DNA of 64,000 nucleotides from the human T2T-CHM13v2.0 reference genome, Homo sapiens (GCF_009914755.1 NC_060935.1), one strand, 5' to 3'. Numbered from the stretch's first letter, positions 32,560 through 46,943 are shown. Notes: generated by a model not told the origin, from the letters alone. Numbers and translations: made by a program.

Positions 32560-32750
32560 CAATTTACCTCTCCTTAGTACTTCCTGCAATCTGTATTTTG
32601 CTTGCTTATTTGTTTATAAGAGAGCTTCTAGGAAGACGGCACCTTGATTGTTTCTTGTTCACTATTCTAGACTCTGGTTCTACCTACAGGAGATGCTCAG
32701 CAATAATCTATTGAGTGATTTAATGGGGGAATGAATACATGAATAAATAA
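32560..32750 (+). mobile_element. L2 3' end fragment
   Basis: gagcttctaggaagacggcaccttg...cttgttcact...gatgctcagcaataatctattgagtga. Confidence 0.55.
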
Positions 32751-35260
32751 ACTATCAAAGGCACAAAACAGGGAGTCTACAATGTGGTAGGACTGACTTA
32801 CCCTGTATCATAATTTTAGTTAATGCTTTTCCCATTTTTCTGAGTGTCTGGGAATTTCTCCTGACTCTCCTGTCTCCCAAATTTAAGCTTTTTATTTTTC
32901 CCAGCAAGGATGCCAGGAAGAAGACCGAGACAGATACCCTGGATGGGCAAAAAATAGGACATGACTAAGATGTTCTTCATTCCTCCTCCTCTCTCCTTCC
33001 CAGACCAAATCTCTCTGAATTGGATATTGTTGGGGCTGTGAAAAACAAAGCACAAAGCTTTTTCTTACAGTCTCTAGTGCAGCTGGAGGGCTTAGAAACT
33101 GGAAAGCCTGTTCTGCATGGTCACACGGATGTATGACGCCTAGTCTATGAGTCTACATCACCTTTATGTCTTCCTCTTCAAAGCCATAGATTACGCAATC
33201 TTTGCTCGGCCAGTAGCACAATGACACTAGGCTGTCGGGCTCAGCATAAGTTTACACTAGATCTCTTCGAGTCTGCACAATAAAAGCACATCACTGCCAG
33301 GGGAAGGTAGGCTTCCTGAAAGCCTGCCTCTCTCTGACATTTCTGCAGTTACCGGCTCAATAAGGAAGAGATGCTGATGGATGGATTTGGTTTCCCCCTT
33401 TAAGCAAATCCTCTCACCCCTGTGCACCCTACCACTTGATCTCTCTGTGTGGCTGGGGCCCCTCTGTCAGGAAGCATTTTGTGCAGGATGCCCTCGGTGG
33501 CTTGAGAGTGGCAGGGCTGTGCTGGGGGATGGCAGCAACTGCTGCCACTGACACATTTCAGTCAGGCCATAGCAGGCCTCTGCCAAGCAGGAGAACCAAC
33601 AAAGGAGCCGCGGCGACTGCCTGGGGCTCAAATCGGATCATCTCTCCCTGCCTGGGAAAAAATAAAATAGAATAAATTTCAACCACTCAGCAGTGGGGGT
33701 GGTGGGGGAAGCCTAAGGAAGCCTGAACCCTGACTTCTCTCTTTGCTTTGATAGCTGGCTTCATGCCAAATGCAAAATTACATCTGAACTCTTAACACTG
33801 CTCGGGAGCAGCAGAGGCACACTCAGCTGAAGATGAGAATACTTCAAGGTGAAATGCCTTTCGGGAGAAAATTTTCTTTCTTTTTTTTTTTTTTGAGCTG
33901 CTGAATCAGTGTTTTTCATAAAAATTTTGGATTGCTGCATTTCTATTGGCTTTGCTCTGTGTGTAAATGTTTGGATTGACAGCTCTCAGAAGGCCTGTTG
34001 CAATTCCTTATCAGATAGGGAAAATGGGAACGCTGTCTACCTCCCCTTCTCTGCCCACAGAGGTGCCTCTGATCTTCTCTTGAAAAGGAGCAGCCCAGTT
34101 TCAAGCACCACACGATATTGGCACCACTGAGAAAGACCCTGAAGATTAACCAGCCCAGCCATCTGTGGTATACACGCAAGGGCAAAGAGAAGGAAAGGGA
34201 CTCTGGCAAGTTAGATGTTCTGATCATTTTTCAACTTCCTTTGCCCTCCCAGCAATACACTGCCTCCTTTCTGGAGTAAAATCAGTTCCTCCATCACTAG
34301 GTTGGGTAGAGGATTCCAAATGACTTTCATAGATGAGGAGCTTTTACAATCAATACCCTGTAGAGAACAGATGCAACAGACACTCTCACTCCAGAAATCA
34401 GCCGTTAGAGGAGAAAAATGCATGGAAGGAGGAAAAGAGAAAGGTGTGTGGGGGTCGGGGAAAGAGAAGGAGAGAGATCCTCTGCTAGCCAGCCAGAAGT
34501 AAAAGGGGGTTAGCGGAAGGACAGAGAATATTCAGGGATATTAATTTAAGGGAATTATGTTTAAAGATCTACTGTTTAAGGCCCAGTATAAAATAACTAA
34601 TTAGATGACTATTTTAAAGTGAAGAATACTGAAGGAAGATAGAAAAACTCTCACCTGAAGCATTAAGAAGACAGTTTTATCAGTAGCAAAATAATGAAGG
34701 TGAACTACCAGCCGAAATCAAATGATATTGTTTCTTCAACTGAACCTTGAATTATTTTTCTAAATGCAAAGGTCTTGGTGCCAAGAGCAAAGTGAAATTC
34801 TGACTTCCTTTTTGGTCCTACAACCTTAAATTGTGTTTGCAAAATATTTATTCTATTCATCTCTCACATTTCAGTGAATTTCCTTAAACATATGACTACA
34901 GAGGACTCATGTGAACACAATATATTTGGCATCAAGTAATGAAATTTTTAGTAAAAATCAGGATGAATGTTTGTTCACAGAGCTCCTATTATCAAAAATA
35001 CAAAAAGAAATGCAAACTGTTATTATTGAGTTTAAAGGTATTTTACTGTATTGAGTTTGCATCATTTTTCTACCTTGCATGTTTCTACTCATGCATACTT
35101 TCATTGTTATCATTTTTATGGTTTCAAAAGGTTTGAACAAAAAGATTTATATCAGAGCAGGGTTTGCTCTGTTCAAAACTGGTGCAGAAGGCAGCAAGGT
35201 TCCTTTCTCATGCTCTATAAACCAGGGGGCTACTAACTCCGAATAGGGGGAAAATATTAT

Positions 35261-35292
35261 ACAAACACACACACACATGCACACACACATAC
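35261..35292. repeat. (CA)n microsatellite, imperfect
   Basis: acaaacacacacacacatgcacacacacatac. Confidence 0.85.
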
Positions 35293-35984
35293 ATCTACAT
35301 CCAATGCCAAATACAAATTATGGTCCTGATTCCTGGAAAGAGGCTTTAAAGTAGACCTTGATGACATGAAATGAAAAGGATGCAGAAACAGTTGACATAA
35401 AAGCTTTCTTTGTGCACACCTATGCAAGTCTTTGATATTCTATTGATTAATAACTTCTTTAAGGAATAAATTTTGGCATTAAATTACCTCAAACAGTCAT
35501 GGAGGCTTTCATTCAATCTCTTAAGTGTTCTAGCATTAGGGAAAATTTATTATGTAATGGGCAAACACGATTGTGTGTCAACAAAACCAGTCTGTCTGCT
35601 GTTTGCCTTTTGGATCTGGGCCAGGCCTTTATTCATACGCTTGGGCTCTAAGATTTAGGTCACCCACCTGAAACTCTAATTTAACGTCATGGTCTTATTT
35701 CTTTCTGTTTCTGCTGTGATCTAGTAAATATTTTAAAAATGAGATTTCTTTGTTTCTTTTCCTTTATTTCCCCTTTTAATAGAATCTGCTAGGTTCTTTT
35801 TAATGTTTTTTAAAAGCTGTTTCTCAATCATTCTTTTTAAAATTGTTATTACAAATTGGATTTTAAACAACCTCGTTCTATAAATCCTGGTTCTTTACCT
35901 CCTAGGGTAAACCATTGTGTTGTGTTTTGGCCTTACATAGATTCCCTAGGACAAAAAAATATAACCTATTTGCTTTGGTTTTAT

Positions 35985-36140
35985 AGTTAGGAAGACCTGG
36001 GTTCATACAGCTATTCCGTGGGCCTCAGTTTCTTCAACTGTAGAAAAGCAGCATCATGATCCCTTCTTCGAACCCTTCTATAAAAAGAAGTGAGGTGATA
36101 GAAACATAATTAGCAACGGGCTTGGCACTTCACATAGTAG
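35985..36140 (+). mobile_element. MIR
   Basis: gaagacctgggttca...gggcctcagtttcttcaactgtagaa. Confidence 0.65.
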
Positions 36141-36824
36141 CTACTTGACTTGAAGTCGATTTAAATAACAACCAGAAGAGACACTGGCTAAAAGATCAAA
36201 CCATAACATAAAAAGAGATGATGAATGTAGTACTTAAGTTTTATTTTACTTAAATAAGGCCTCTATGTGATCATTCGAATATATGTGCCAATTTGAGGGC
36301 AGTTATCTTTGGAGGAGGATAAGACTCTGAGAATGAGCATGACGGAAATAGTTTTGACAAGAAAATACAACTTTTAAGGATAACATTGAGCAATGTAGGT
36401 TAACTTTTTAAACATACATGCTATCTAAAATGCACCATGTTGTCAATATTATTTATAACAACTAGCCTTTGTTCTACCTGGGAACTGCCTATAGTTACTC
36501 AATACAAACTTTTCATAATCACCCACAGAATCACAGCAAATGAGGTTTCTAAAGAGCAGACTATTATAAACAGAAACTTCATATCCAGCAACATTGAAGC
36601 AAAGCCAAAGACTCACCTGCTTTTTCTGTTAAAGTGAAAAAAAGCTGCAGTTTTCAGCAGGCTATAAAACCCCATGAGGATGGCAGAGAAGATGCAATAA
36701 GAAAATAAGAACTAAACTGAGATTTTGATGAAAATGGGAGAATCTAGAGGCGAGTGAATTTAAGAACTCTGAACCAAGCCAGGCCTTCTTTCTGCTCCAT
36801 CCAAATACTTTAGATATAGAACTA

Positions 36825-36989
36825 TAATTTGCAACATTGGCTGATCATTAGAAATCTTTTTGGGAGGTTACAGATAAAATAAAATTCTTAGGGTGCCAAT
36901 GTTGGAGGTGGGGCAAAGAGAATACTGGATGGATTTTTAAAAGCTCCTCCAGAAGATTCTCAGGTTCTGCCAGACTTGGGAACCACTGG
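36825..36989. mobile_element. MER5-type (hAT-Charlie) MITE
   Basis: caacattggctgatcattagaa...tttttaaaagctcc...gattctcagg...ttgggaaccactg. Confidence 0.7.
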
Positions 36990-37589
36990 CCGAAGGACAA
37001 ATTATGTCCTCATGCCATCACCAATCAAATCTACCATGCGGTTCCTCTGGCACACAGCTGCACTGCTGAATTCTAGATATGTTTTGATTGGACACAGATG
37101 CATTTAATTAGCAGTTTGTGTCATCAATTAGAACATGAACTCGAAAAGTCACCTTCTTGCTTAGATATGCTTTGAACACGAATTTTAATATGTGACAATT
37201 CCTGAAGAAATGGGGCTGGGGGGGATTTTAATGAAGTCATTAAAACATAAAATGATTTTACCTGAGGATGCAATCTAGAAAGTAAGGATTTCTTGAATAA
37301 GCAAATAGTTATACTCATGTGTCTAGCCTGAGTCAGAGAATCTGGGTGCTACAGAATAAGAAAAAAAGTGATGACAATGATAGAAAATTGGATTTTTATA
37401 TCATTTTTCTCAACGCATTTTCAAAAGAACCTCCCACCTCCCACCTTCAATTTCCCTGAGGGGAAAGCTTACAGCAAAGGGAGCTTGGGATATTTGCAGA
37501 TTCAAGAGGTCTTTCATTTGGTCAAAATGTGTTGATTTAGTTTTTTGATCTAGTCAGGGAAAAGGCAGCTACTATTGCTACTACTATTG

Positions 37590-37775
37590 AATATATTACT
37601 TGAGTACTTACTTAGCATTATGCCGAGCACCTCGCACACAACACATCAATCAACCCAGTATTTAATTTTACAAATGAGGAAACAGGAGCTCAGGAAAATG
37701 GCCCCATGTGATGGGAACCAAAATCTGAACCTAGGTTAATGTGACTCCAAGGCCAGCTGCTTGACCACCTCTCAT
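37590..37775 (-). mobile_element. MIR
   Basis: attttacaaatgaggaaacaggagctcagg...tctgaacctaggtt...gactccaagg. Confidence 0.7.
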
Positions 37776-38231
37776 AAACAGCACCACCAACACTAAGAAT
37801 AAAAAAGACCCAGGTTTGAATGACTTCACCAAGGAATTACTTTCCTGTTTCATTTTCTCAAATTGTATTCTACTTTCAAAATACTGTAGATGTTTCACCT
37901 TCTCCAGTCCACACTCTAAGCACACATTTATCCTGCACTCTAAACATGCAAATAATATAACTTCTTTGTGCCTCAGTGTTTTTGTTTTAAAGGAAATGTG
38001 TTAAATTTCTTGCATGATTGTGGCAATTCCCATTCCTGTCATGTCCCAGCATTACTAATTGAGTGCAGTGTTCTTCCCAGGTGACTTGGATGCAGCCAAA
38101 AATCCTCACTGTAACTCATATAATTACATCTTATCAATCAGAGTTGGCATTAAGGATGAAACCCATTTGTCATTCAGAGTTTACATATTCTCTAAAGTTT
38201 TTAATAATTCTTGGTCTAAAATTCCATAACT

Positions 38232-38531
38232 GGCTATACGCAGAGGCTCTTGCCTGTCATCCCAGCACTTCAGGAGGCTGAGGCAGAAGGATCACCTGAG
38301 CCCAGGAGTTTAAGACCAGCCTGGGCAACATAGTGAGACCTCATCTCTACTAAAAATGAAAAATTAGCCAGCCATAGTGGCATGCACCTGTAGTCCCAGC
38401 TACTCAGGAGGCTGAGGCAAAAGAATCGCTTGAGCCCAAGAGGTCAAAGCTACAGTGATCCATGATCACCCCACTGCACTCCACCCTGGGTGACAGAGTG
38501 AGACCTTGTCTCAAATAAATAAATAAATAAA
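38232..38531 (+). mobile_element. AluJ with (AAAT)n tail
   Basis: gagcccaggagtttaagaccagcctgggcaacatagtgagacc; approximate TSD aaattccataact/aaagtctataatt. Confidence 0.93.
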
Positions 38532-38991
38532 AGTCTATAATTGTTATATATATATGTGAACTAGTTCATATTTGAATATGAGTTATGATAACATTATATA
38601 GGCACTTGATGTCTAATCTGAAAGATTAGACATTGATATGATTGATCATATCAAAATATCATATCAATATTTGGCTATATTGTATTTCAAGGATAATAAA
38701 ATAGTCATAAGATTTCCTTGATTCCCGGGCAAGATGGTGGAGTAGGAACAGCTCTGGTCTGCAGCTCCCAGCGAGAACAACACAGAAGGTGGGTGATTTC
38801 TGCTTTTCCAGTGAGGTACCTGGTTCATCCCACTGGGACGGGTTAGATAGTGGGTGCAGCCCACAGAGGGCGAGCAGAAGCAGGGTTGGGCATCGCCTCA
38901 CCCAGGAAGCACAAAGGGTTGGGGAACTCCCTCCCCTAGCCAAGGGCAGCCATGAGGGACGGTGCTATTTAGCCCAGATACCATGTTTATC

Positions 38992-39336
38992 TCACGGTCT
39001 TCGCAATCTGCAGACCAGGAGATTCCCTTGGGTGCCTTTACCACCAGGACCCTGGGTTTCAAGCACAAAACTGGGTGGCCATTTGGGCAGACACTGAACT
39101 AGTTGCAGGAGTTTTTTTTCATACCCAGTGGCACCTGGAACACCAGCGAGACAGAACCATTCACTACCCTGGAAAGTGGGCTGAAGCCAGGGAGCCAGAT
39201 GGTCTTGCTCAATGGATCCCACTCCCATGGAGCCCAACAAGCTAAGATCCACTGGCTTGAAATTCTCGCTGCCAGCACAGCAGTCTGAAGTTGACCTAGG
39301 AAGCTTGAGCTTGGTGGGGGGAGGGGCGTCCACCAT
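38992..39336 (-). CDS. Putative L1 ORF0-like antisense ORF (114 aa from ATG at 39336); expression unknown
   Basis: MVDAPPPTKLKLPRSTSDCCAG...GSMGVGSIE...GNLLVCRLRRP resembles primate ORF0 (MAGAPPP..SDCCA..SVGVGPSE..); gcaATGg Kozak context. Confidence 0.4.
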   Translation of the reverse strand: MVDAPPPTKLKLPRSTSDCCAGSENFKPVDLSLLGSMGVGSIEQDHLAPWLQPTFQGSEWFCLAGVPGATGYEKKLLQLVQCLPKWPPSFVLETQGPGGKGTQGNLLVCRLRRP

Positions 39337-40043
39337 TGCTGAGGCTTGAGTAGTCTGTTCTCCCCTCACAGTGTAAACAAAGCCACTGGGAAGTTCGGAC
39401 TAGGCAGAGCCCATAACAGTGCCACAAAGCCGCTGTAGCCAGACTGCCTCTCTACATTTCTCCTCTCTGGGCAGGGAATCTCTGAAAGAAAGGCAGCAGC
39501 CCCAGTCAGGGGCTTATAGATAAAACTCCCATCTCCCTGGGACGGAGCACATGGGGGAAGGGGCAGCTGTGGGTGCAGCTTCAGCAGACTTAAATGTTCC
39601 CGTATGCTGGCTCTGAAGAGAGCAGAGGATCTCCCAGCACAGTGCTCGAGCTCTGCTAAGGGTCAGGCTGCCTCCTAAAGTGGGTTCCTGACCCCTGTGC
39701 CTCCTGATGGGGAGACACCTCCCAGCAGGGGTCGATAGACACCTCATACAGGAGAGCTCTGGCTGGCATCTGGTGGGTGCCCCTCTGGGAGGAAGCTTCC
39801 AGAGGAGGAAGCAGGCAGCAATCTTTGCTGTTCTTCAGCCTCTGCTGGTGATACCAGGGCAAAAGGGTCTGGAGTGGACCTCCAGCAAACTCCAACAGAC
39901 CTGCAGAAGAGGGGCCTGACTGTTAGAAGGAAAACTAACAAACAGAAAGCAATAGTATCAACATCAACAAAAAGGATGACCATGCAAAAACCCTATTCGA
40001 AGCTTACCAACATCAAAGACCAAAGGTAGATAAATTCACAAAT

Positions 40044-41001
40044 ATGAGGAAAGACCAGTGCAAAAAGGCTGAAAATTCCAAAAACCAGAATGCCTCTTCT
40101 CCTCCAAAGGATCACGACTCCTCGCCAGCAAGGGAACAAAACTGGGCGGAGAATGAGTATGACTAATTGACAGAAGAAGGCTTCAGAAGGTGGGTAATAA
40201 CAAACTCATCCAAGCTAAAGGAGCATGTTCTAACCCAATGCAGGGAAGCTAAGAACCTTGATATGAGGTTACAGGAACTGCTAACTAGAATAACCAGTTT
40301 AGGGAATGACATAAATGACCTGATGGAGATGAAAAACACAGCACGAGACCTTTGTGAAGCATACACAAGTATCAATAGCTGAATCGATCAAGTGGAAGAA
40401 AGGATATCCGAGATTGAAGATCAACTTAATGAAATAAAGCATGAAGACAAGATTAGAGAAAAAAGAATGCAAAGGAACAAACAAAGCCTCCAAGAAATAT
40501 GGGACTATGTGAAAAGACCAAACCTACATTTGATTGGTGTACCTGAAAGTGACAGGGAGAATGGAACCAAGTTGGAAAACACACTTCAGGATATTATCCA
40601 GGAGAACTTCCCCTACCTAGCAAGACAGGCCAACATTCAAATTCAGGAAATACAGAGAACGCCACAAAGATACTCCTAGACAATGGCAACCCCAAGGCAC
40701 ATAATTGTCAGATTCTCTACGGTTGAAATGAAGGAAAAAATGTTAAGGGAAGCCAGAGGGAAGATCAGGTTATCCACAAAGGGAAGCCCATCAGACTAAC
40801 AGCAGATCTCTCTGCAGAAACCCTACAAACCAGAAGAGAGTGGGGGCCAATATTCAACATTCTTAAAAGAATTTTCAACCTAGAATTTCACATCCAGCCA
40901 AACTAAGCTTCATAAGTGAAGGAGAAATAAAATCTTTTCCAGACAAGCAAATGCTGAGGAATTTTATTACCACCAGGCCTGCCTTACAAGAGTTCCTGAA
41001 G
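40044..41001 (+). pseudogene. L1 ORF1p remnant with premature stops
   Basis: Fragments 40167-40382 and 40392-40679 (QSLQEIWDYVKRPNLHLIGVPE..LENTLQDIIQENFP.LARQANIQIQEIQRTPQRYS); stops at 40380 and 40677. Confidence 0.92.
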
Positions 41002-41331
41002 AAAGAGTTCATGTCCTTTACAGGGACATGGATGAAGCTGGAAACCATCATTCTCAGCAAACTAACACAGGAACAGAAAACCAAACACCACATGTTCTCA
41101 CTCATAAGTGGGAGCTGAGCAATGAGAACATATGGGCACAGTGGGGGGAACATCACACACTGGGGCCTGTCGGGGGGTGGGGGGCAAAGGGAGGGATAGC
41201 ATTAGGAGAAATACCTAATGTAGATGACAGGTTGATGGGTGCAGCAAACCACCACGGCACATGTATACCTATGTAACAAACCTGCACGTTCTGCACATGT
41301 ATCCCAGAACTTAAAGTATAATAACAAAAAA

Positions 41332-42309
<978 letters not shown>

Positions 42310-43214
42310 GATTTCCTTGACTTCCAGAGGGCAAAGAAGATTTGATTAGCATGTCCAAAAATATATACATAATTTCTTAGAACTTGTCTGAGACGCAAAG
42401 AGCAGGGCTAGACTGTGAAAATATGAAGTATTTATAAGGTGTGGCAATTTGTCAAAAATCACCACAAATGGAATTCCCGATATAGTACTTCAGTAATAAT
42501 CTATATAGTGTCCAAAGTAAAAGTGAATGTATATTCTGGCTGTCAAAGACACCTTACCTGAACCATAGGAATCGTAAAGCTTAAAGAATTCTGCATTTTT
42601 CCCAGAAAGACATTTGTTTGAGTGTCTTTTAACCTAAGAGGTTCAGAATACATTGCACAAACTCTTGTGTTTCTAGTAGGAGCTTTTTGCTTCTCGTGGA
42701 TAAGGATTGAACAGGCAAATGCACACAGGCTTTAATAGAGAAGGCTTAGGAATTACTTAGGGCAGACACTACGAAGGGGTAAAAAAGGATGAAACAAACA
42801 GAATGAAAACCTGGGACACACAGAAACAAAACCTCAGGGAACAGATATACTGATTCTACAGCATTTATGATCCAACTGGACAAGCCTATCCCAAGCCAGG
42901 TGAACAGCAAAGGAAAACCAGCCAGAACCATTCTGGACTAGGGAAGGAAGTAAATGGGATGAACAAAAGCAAAACCTATTGCAACATGCAAGTCTGCCCA
43001 TGACTTGATTCCCTTAAAGACAGTCTCTTGTTTGTTACCGTAACCTGTAACTTACCTTGAAACGTTTTCCCACCTTTCAATTCCCTCTCCTACATACAAC
43101 ACACATGGACATGCACACACACATTCATATATACACATGCACAAGTATGCAAATGGCATGAAGCAAAGCACATACAATTTGCATTATTGAGTACATTTCT
43201 CATTGGAAAGGCAG

Positions 43215-43480
43215 AGTAGATCTAAGATTTTACAAAAGTGTCTACTCAATTAATTGAGATAATGAACATGGGCTCTAAGTACAGTGTCTGGCCTATAGTA
43301 GGTAGATATTAGCTATTATTATCATATTAAAAGATCTATTACTCTGTATATACAAATGTAATTACAATCCTTTTAATGATTCTTTGAAGCATAATTATAG
43401 CAAAATGGGCTCAAGTTATAACTTACCCAAGATCACTAGTGAAGGCAGTGTTGTAATTAAAATCCAAAGGCTTTCTGGCT
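43215..43480. mobile_element. MIR/L2 fragments
   Basis: gagataatgaacatg...acagtgtctggcctatagtagg; aacttacccaagatcactag. Confidence 0.45.
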
Positions 43481-44284
43481 ATGGAGACCACATTATTTCT
43501 TACTGGGTAAAATTGCTTGCTAATTGGATAATTCAATATCACACTATTGGGATACTGAAAGGGTTAAAATCATGCCCCATCTTGCACCAAATAGGTAAAA
43601 CAGAAATAACACACAACAAAATAACTAATCCAGAACCCGATACTCTTTTATAATCTATTAGCTTCACTCAGAAATACAAGCTATAGGATTGATTGAGAAG
43701 TTTATTTCTGCTGGAAAAATTAACGTTGTGTATGCTGAAGCTTCCTGTGCTAATAATTCTCTCAAGTATAACACTTGAGCTTGAGCCTCCATAAATTGTG
43801 CTAACCTCAAGATTAGCCTCCTTCATTTACCTGCTTATCTGACCCCATGGGAGTTTATAATTAATCAGACCGGCACTCACCTATCATATCAATTCACAGG
43901 TTCACACAAACATGTGCTTTATTTACTAACAGATAATCCATGCTGCACTCAGCTGCACATATTAATCTTATTAAAACGGTGATTGCATTATATCCTTTTC
44001 TTGCTCAGAAATGACCAAAGCTTCCACATAGCTACTGAGTTGAGGGCCTTACAGCTCAGCTTACGCTTAGGACTTTCCGTAGAATAAGTCTACCTTCTAA
44101 TCCAAATTCTCCCATCACTAATTTTGAGTCACACAAATTCATGCTGTTCCACCATATTTTCCCTTTCTTTCCATTCAAATTCTAGAACTCCATCATTCCC
44201 CATGACATAGTCCACAGGATTTGGCTTATCTCTGATTTCTAACAAGAACTGATAATAGCAATCACTTTGTTTCATATAATCTAT

Positions 44285-44520
44285 TGCATTAGACTATGCT
44301 AGGAGAGTATGTTTTATCTCAACAACATTTCAAGTGTCAGGGGAACAAAAGCAATTTCTGATAAATGCCTTTCAGGATCTAGCACAGTACTTCATATCTA
44401 GTCAGCCCTAGATCAATTCACCCATTCACGAAGTCAGTATTATTAAGCACCTATTATGTGCCAAATACTATATTATTATTTCAGAATATAATAGAAAACA
44501 AGCTAGACATGATCATTGAT
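44285..44520. mobile_element. L2 fragments (opposite orientations)
   Basis: ggatctagcacagtac...; cattcacgaagt...ttattaagcacctattatgtgcca. Confidence 0.45.
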
Positions 44521-45279
44521 CTTATAAAACTTACATTTAATAAGAATGAGAAAATTATCAGCCTTTTTAATAAAGTAGGATAAGTGGGAAGATGGGGAAA
44601 AGTTCACGTGCCAGCAGATATGGCAGCAGTGGAGATGGGGTGAGAGCCAGGAAGGGATTTTAGAGCAGGCATCATTGATTATATAAATGAAGCAGGAAGA
44701 GAGAAAAGGAAGGCGAAAGGGACGGACAAGTGTTAAATGTTTGCAATGACACATTCCTGAACTTTGGTTTCATGTAGACAAATACATACAGACACACACC
44801 CATGTACTACAACTGTGTACCCACTTACGTACCGTAAAATAGTGAAGTCTGATTCTAACTCATAAATCTACAGCCACCTATTTTCAGCTGAGATCCACCA
44901 CAATTCCACTACACACTTGAATTAGTGGAAATCTAAGTCCAACGATTCATTTACTTTCCCTCCTCGATTAACAATTGTTATGAGATATCCAGATACCTGC
45001 TACAAATATTCTCTCTTATAATATCAATGCAAATATTCCCAATCTACATGTCAAGATGCACCATAGCATGTAATCCGTTTCTATATTTATTTATTTATTC
45101 CTTTGAGAGAGTTCCAGAAAGTCCATTTTGAAGCTCAAATAAAGTTCCATTTTAAATTCCAATTCTAGGTTAAGATTTATGCCAGCTCTTATTTAGCATA
45201 GGCACCCATCCGTGCCCATAGGCCTTTCTGGATCTGAGATATGGAATAATTCTGCATGTATTTACATTCCTCCAGTCTG

Positions 45280-46065
45280 CTTATTCAGCAAGCTTTCTAA
45301 ATGGATGCTAGTTTGTGCCTGAATAATAAATGGAGTCAATCTGGACTTAAAGGGGATTTCAGAATCAGGGCACAAGGTCAGACATGGACACTCCCAGAAA
45401 CTGATACAAAAATGTAAACCATGTGGAAGATTATCTTCTCTAGAAGTTCCCCCCAGAAGGAGGTGAGAGAGAATGCACTTTGTGGGTATATTGGAAATAA
45501 CTGTTCTAGGTAGCAGGAAGGCAAATACAAAGATTCCGAGGCAGGAGCACGCCTGACATGTTTAAAGAAGAGTAATGGGGAAGAGAGACAGAAGTTGAGG
45601 GCAAAGGGTTATTTTTATTTATTTGTTTGTTTATTTATTTTGAGATGGAGTCTCACTCTGTCATCCAGGCTGGAGTTCAGTGGGGCAATCTTGGCTGACA
45701 GCAACCTCTGCCTTCTGGGTTCAAGCAATTCTCCTGCCTCAGCCTCCTGAGCAGCTGGGATTACAGGTGCCCACCACCACACCCGGCAGATTTTTGTAGT
45801 TTTTGTAGAGACACGGTTTCACAATGTTGGCCAGGCTGGCCTCGAACTCCTGACCTCAAGTGATCCACCCATGTCGGTATCCCAGAGTGCTGGGATTACA
45901 GTAGTGAACCACTGCGCCCAGCCTGGCAAAGGGTTATTTTGTTGTGGTTGTTGGGGAAGGAGGGGTCCCAATTACATAAGGCCTTGTGGGTCTTTATAAC
46001 AATAAGGTTTTTGTTTTTGTTTTTAACCCTGATTGCAATGAGCCACTAGGTTTTGAGCTAAGACA
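45280..46065 (-). mobile_element. L2 fragment split by Alu
   Basis: ttctaggtagcaggaaggcaaatacaaagattccgaggcaggagcacgcctgacatgtt...ggccttgtggg...gagccactaggttttgagc. Confidence 0.65.
45616..45923 (-). mobile_element. AluS (Sx/Sz-like)
   Basis: Full dimer; TSD ggcaaagggttatttt at 45600-45615 and 45925-45940. Confidence 0.96.
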
Positions 46066-46389
46066 TGATTTCACAGACATTTATATTTGAAGTATTCCCC
46101 TTTTCATCCTTCATTTAGCTTGAGCAGATGAGTGGATTTCTCCAGAAAGACCAAGAAAGAGAACACCTTACATAGAATAGAAGCAACTGGTTATTTTATA
46201 AAGATATTAAGATTCTAGAGTTTAATTATACAACATTCCTTTAAGATGGCTGAACTATATCTGATTATATATTTTTTTAATTTATTATTAATTTTGCTTT
46301 CCAACTAGTTTCCCTTCTGGGAATTTTCCTTGCAGAAAGCACAGGCTATTACAGAATATGAGAATCAGCCTGTCAGATATTCTGCTAGA

Positions 46390-46555
46390 TAACTCCAGGG
46401 ATGTTCTCTTGTTTAAACCTCACAAGAATCCTGCAAAGTAGGTGTTATGTTCCGCGAGATGAGAAAGCAAACTTGGAGAGGATAATTGGTTCAAGGTCAC
46501 ATAGTTATAAATGCTGGAGAAAACTCGGAACTCAGGACCACCTGCCTCTGAGGGC
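46390..46555 (-). mobile_element. MIR
   Basis: cctcacaagaatcctgcaaagtaggtgttat...gatgagaaagc...ttcaaggtcacatagtt. Confidence 0.7.
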
Positions 46556-46615
46556 CTTGGTCATTCTGTGGCTGTCTCAGTGATCCCTGCTTGTCAATTA
46601 AAACTCTTAATACAA

Positions 46616-46943
<328 letters not shown>

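Larger units (their letters stand above)
38722..41331 (+). mobile_element. LINE-1 L1PA7/PA8-like: 5'UTR + ORF1 + last codons of ORF2 + 3'UTR (ORF2 almost entirely deleted)
   Basis: caagatggtggagtaggaacagctctggtctgcagctcccagcgag 5' end; ORF1 ATG at 40044; junction near 41001-41004; 3'UTR ...ctgcacatgtatcccagaacttaaagtataataa. Confidence 0.93.

Noticed and set aside
41162-41196. G-quadruplex-forming G-runs
   Set aside because: Standard L1PA 3'UTR G-rich tract, not locus-specific
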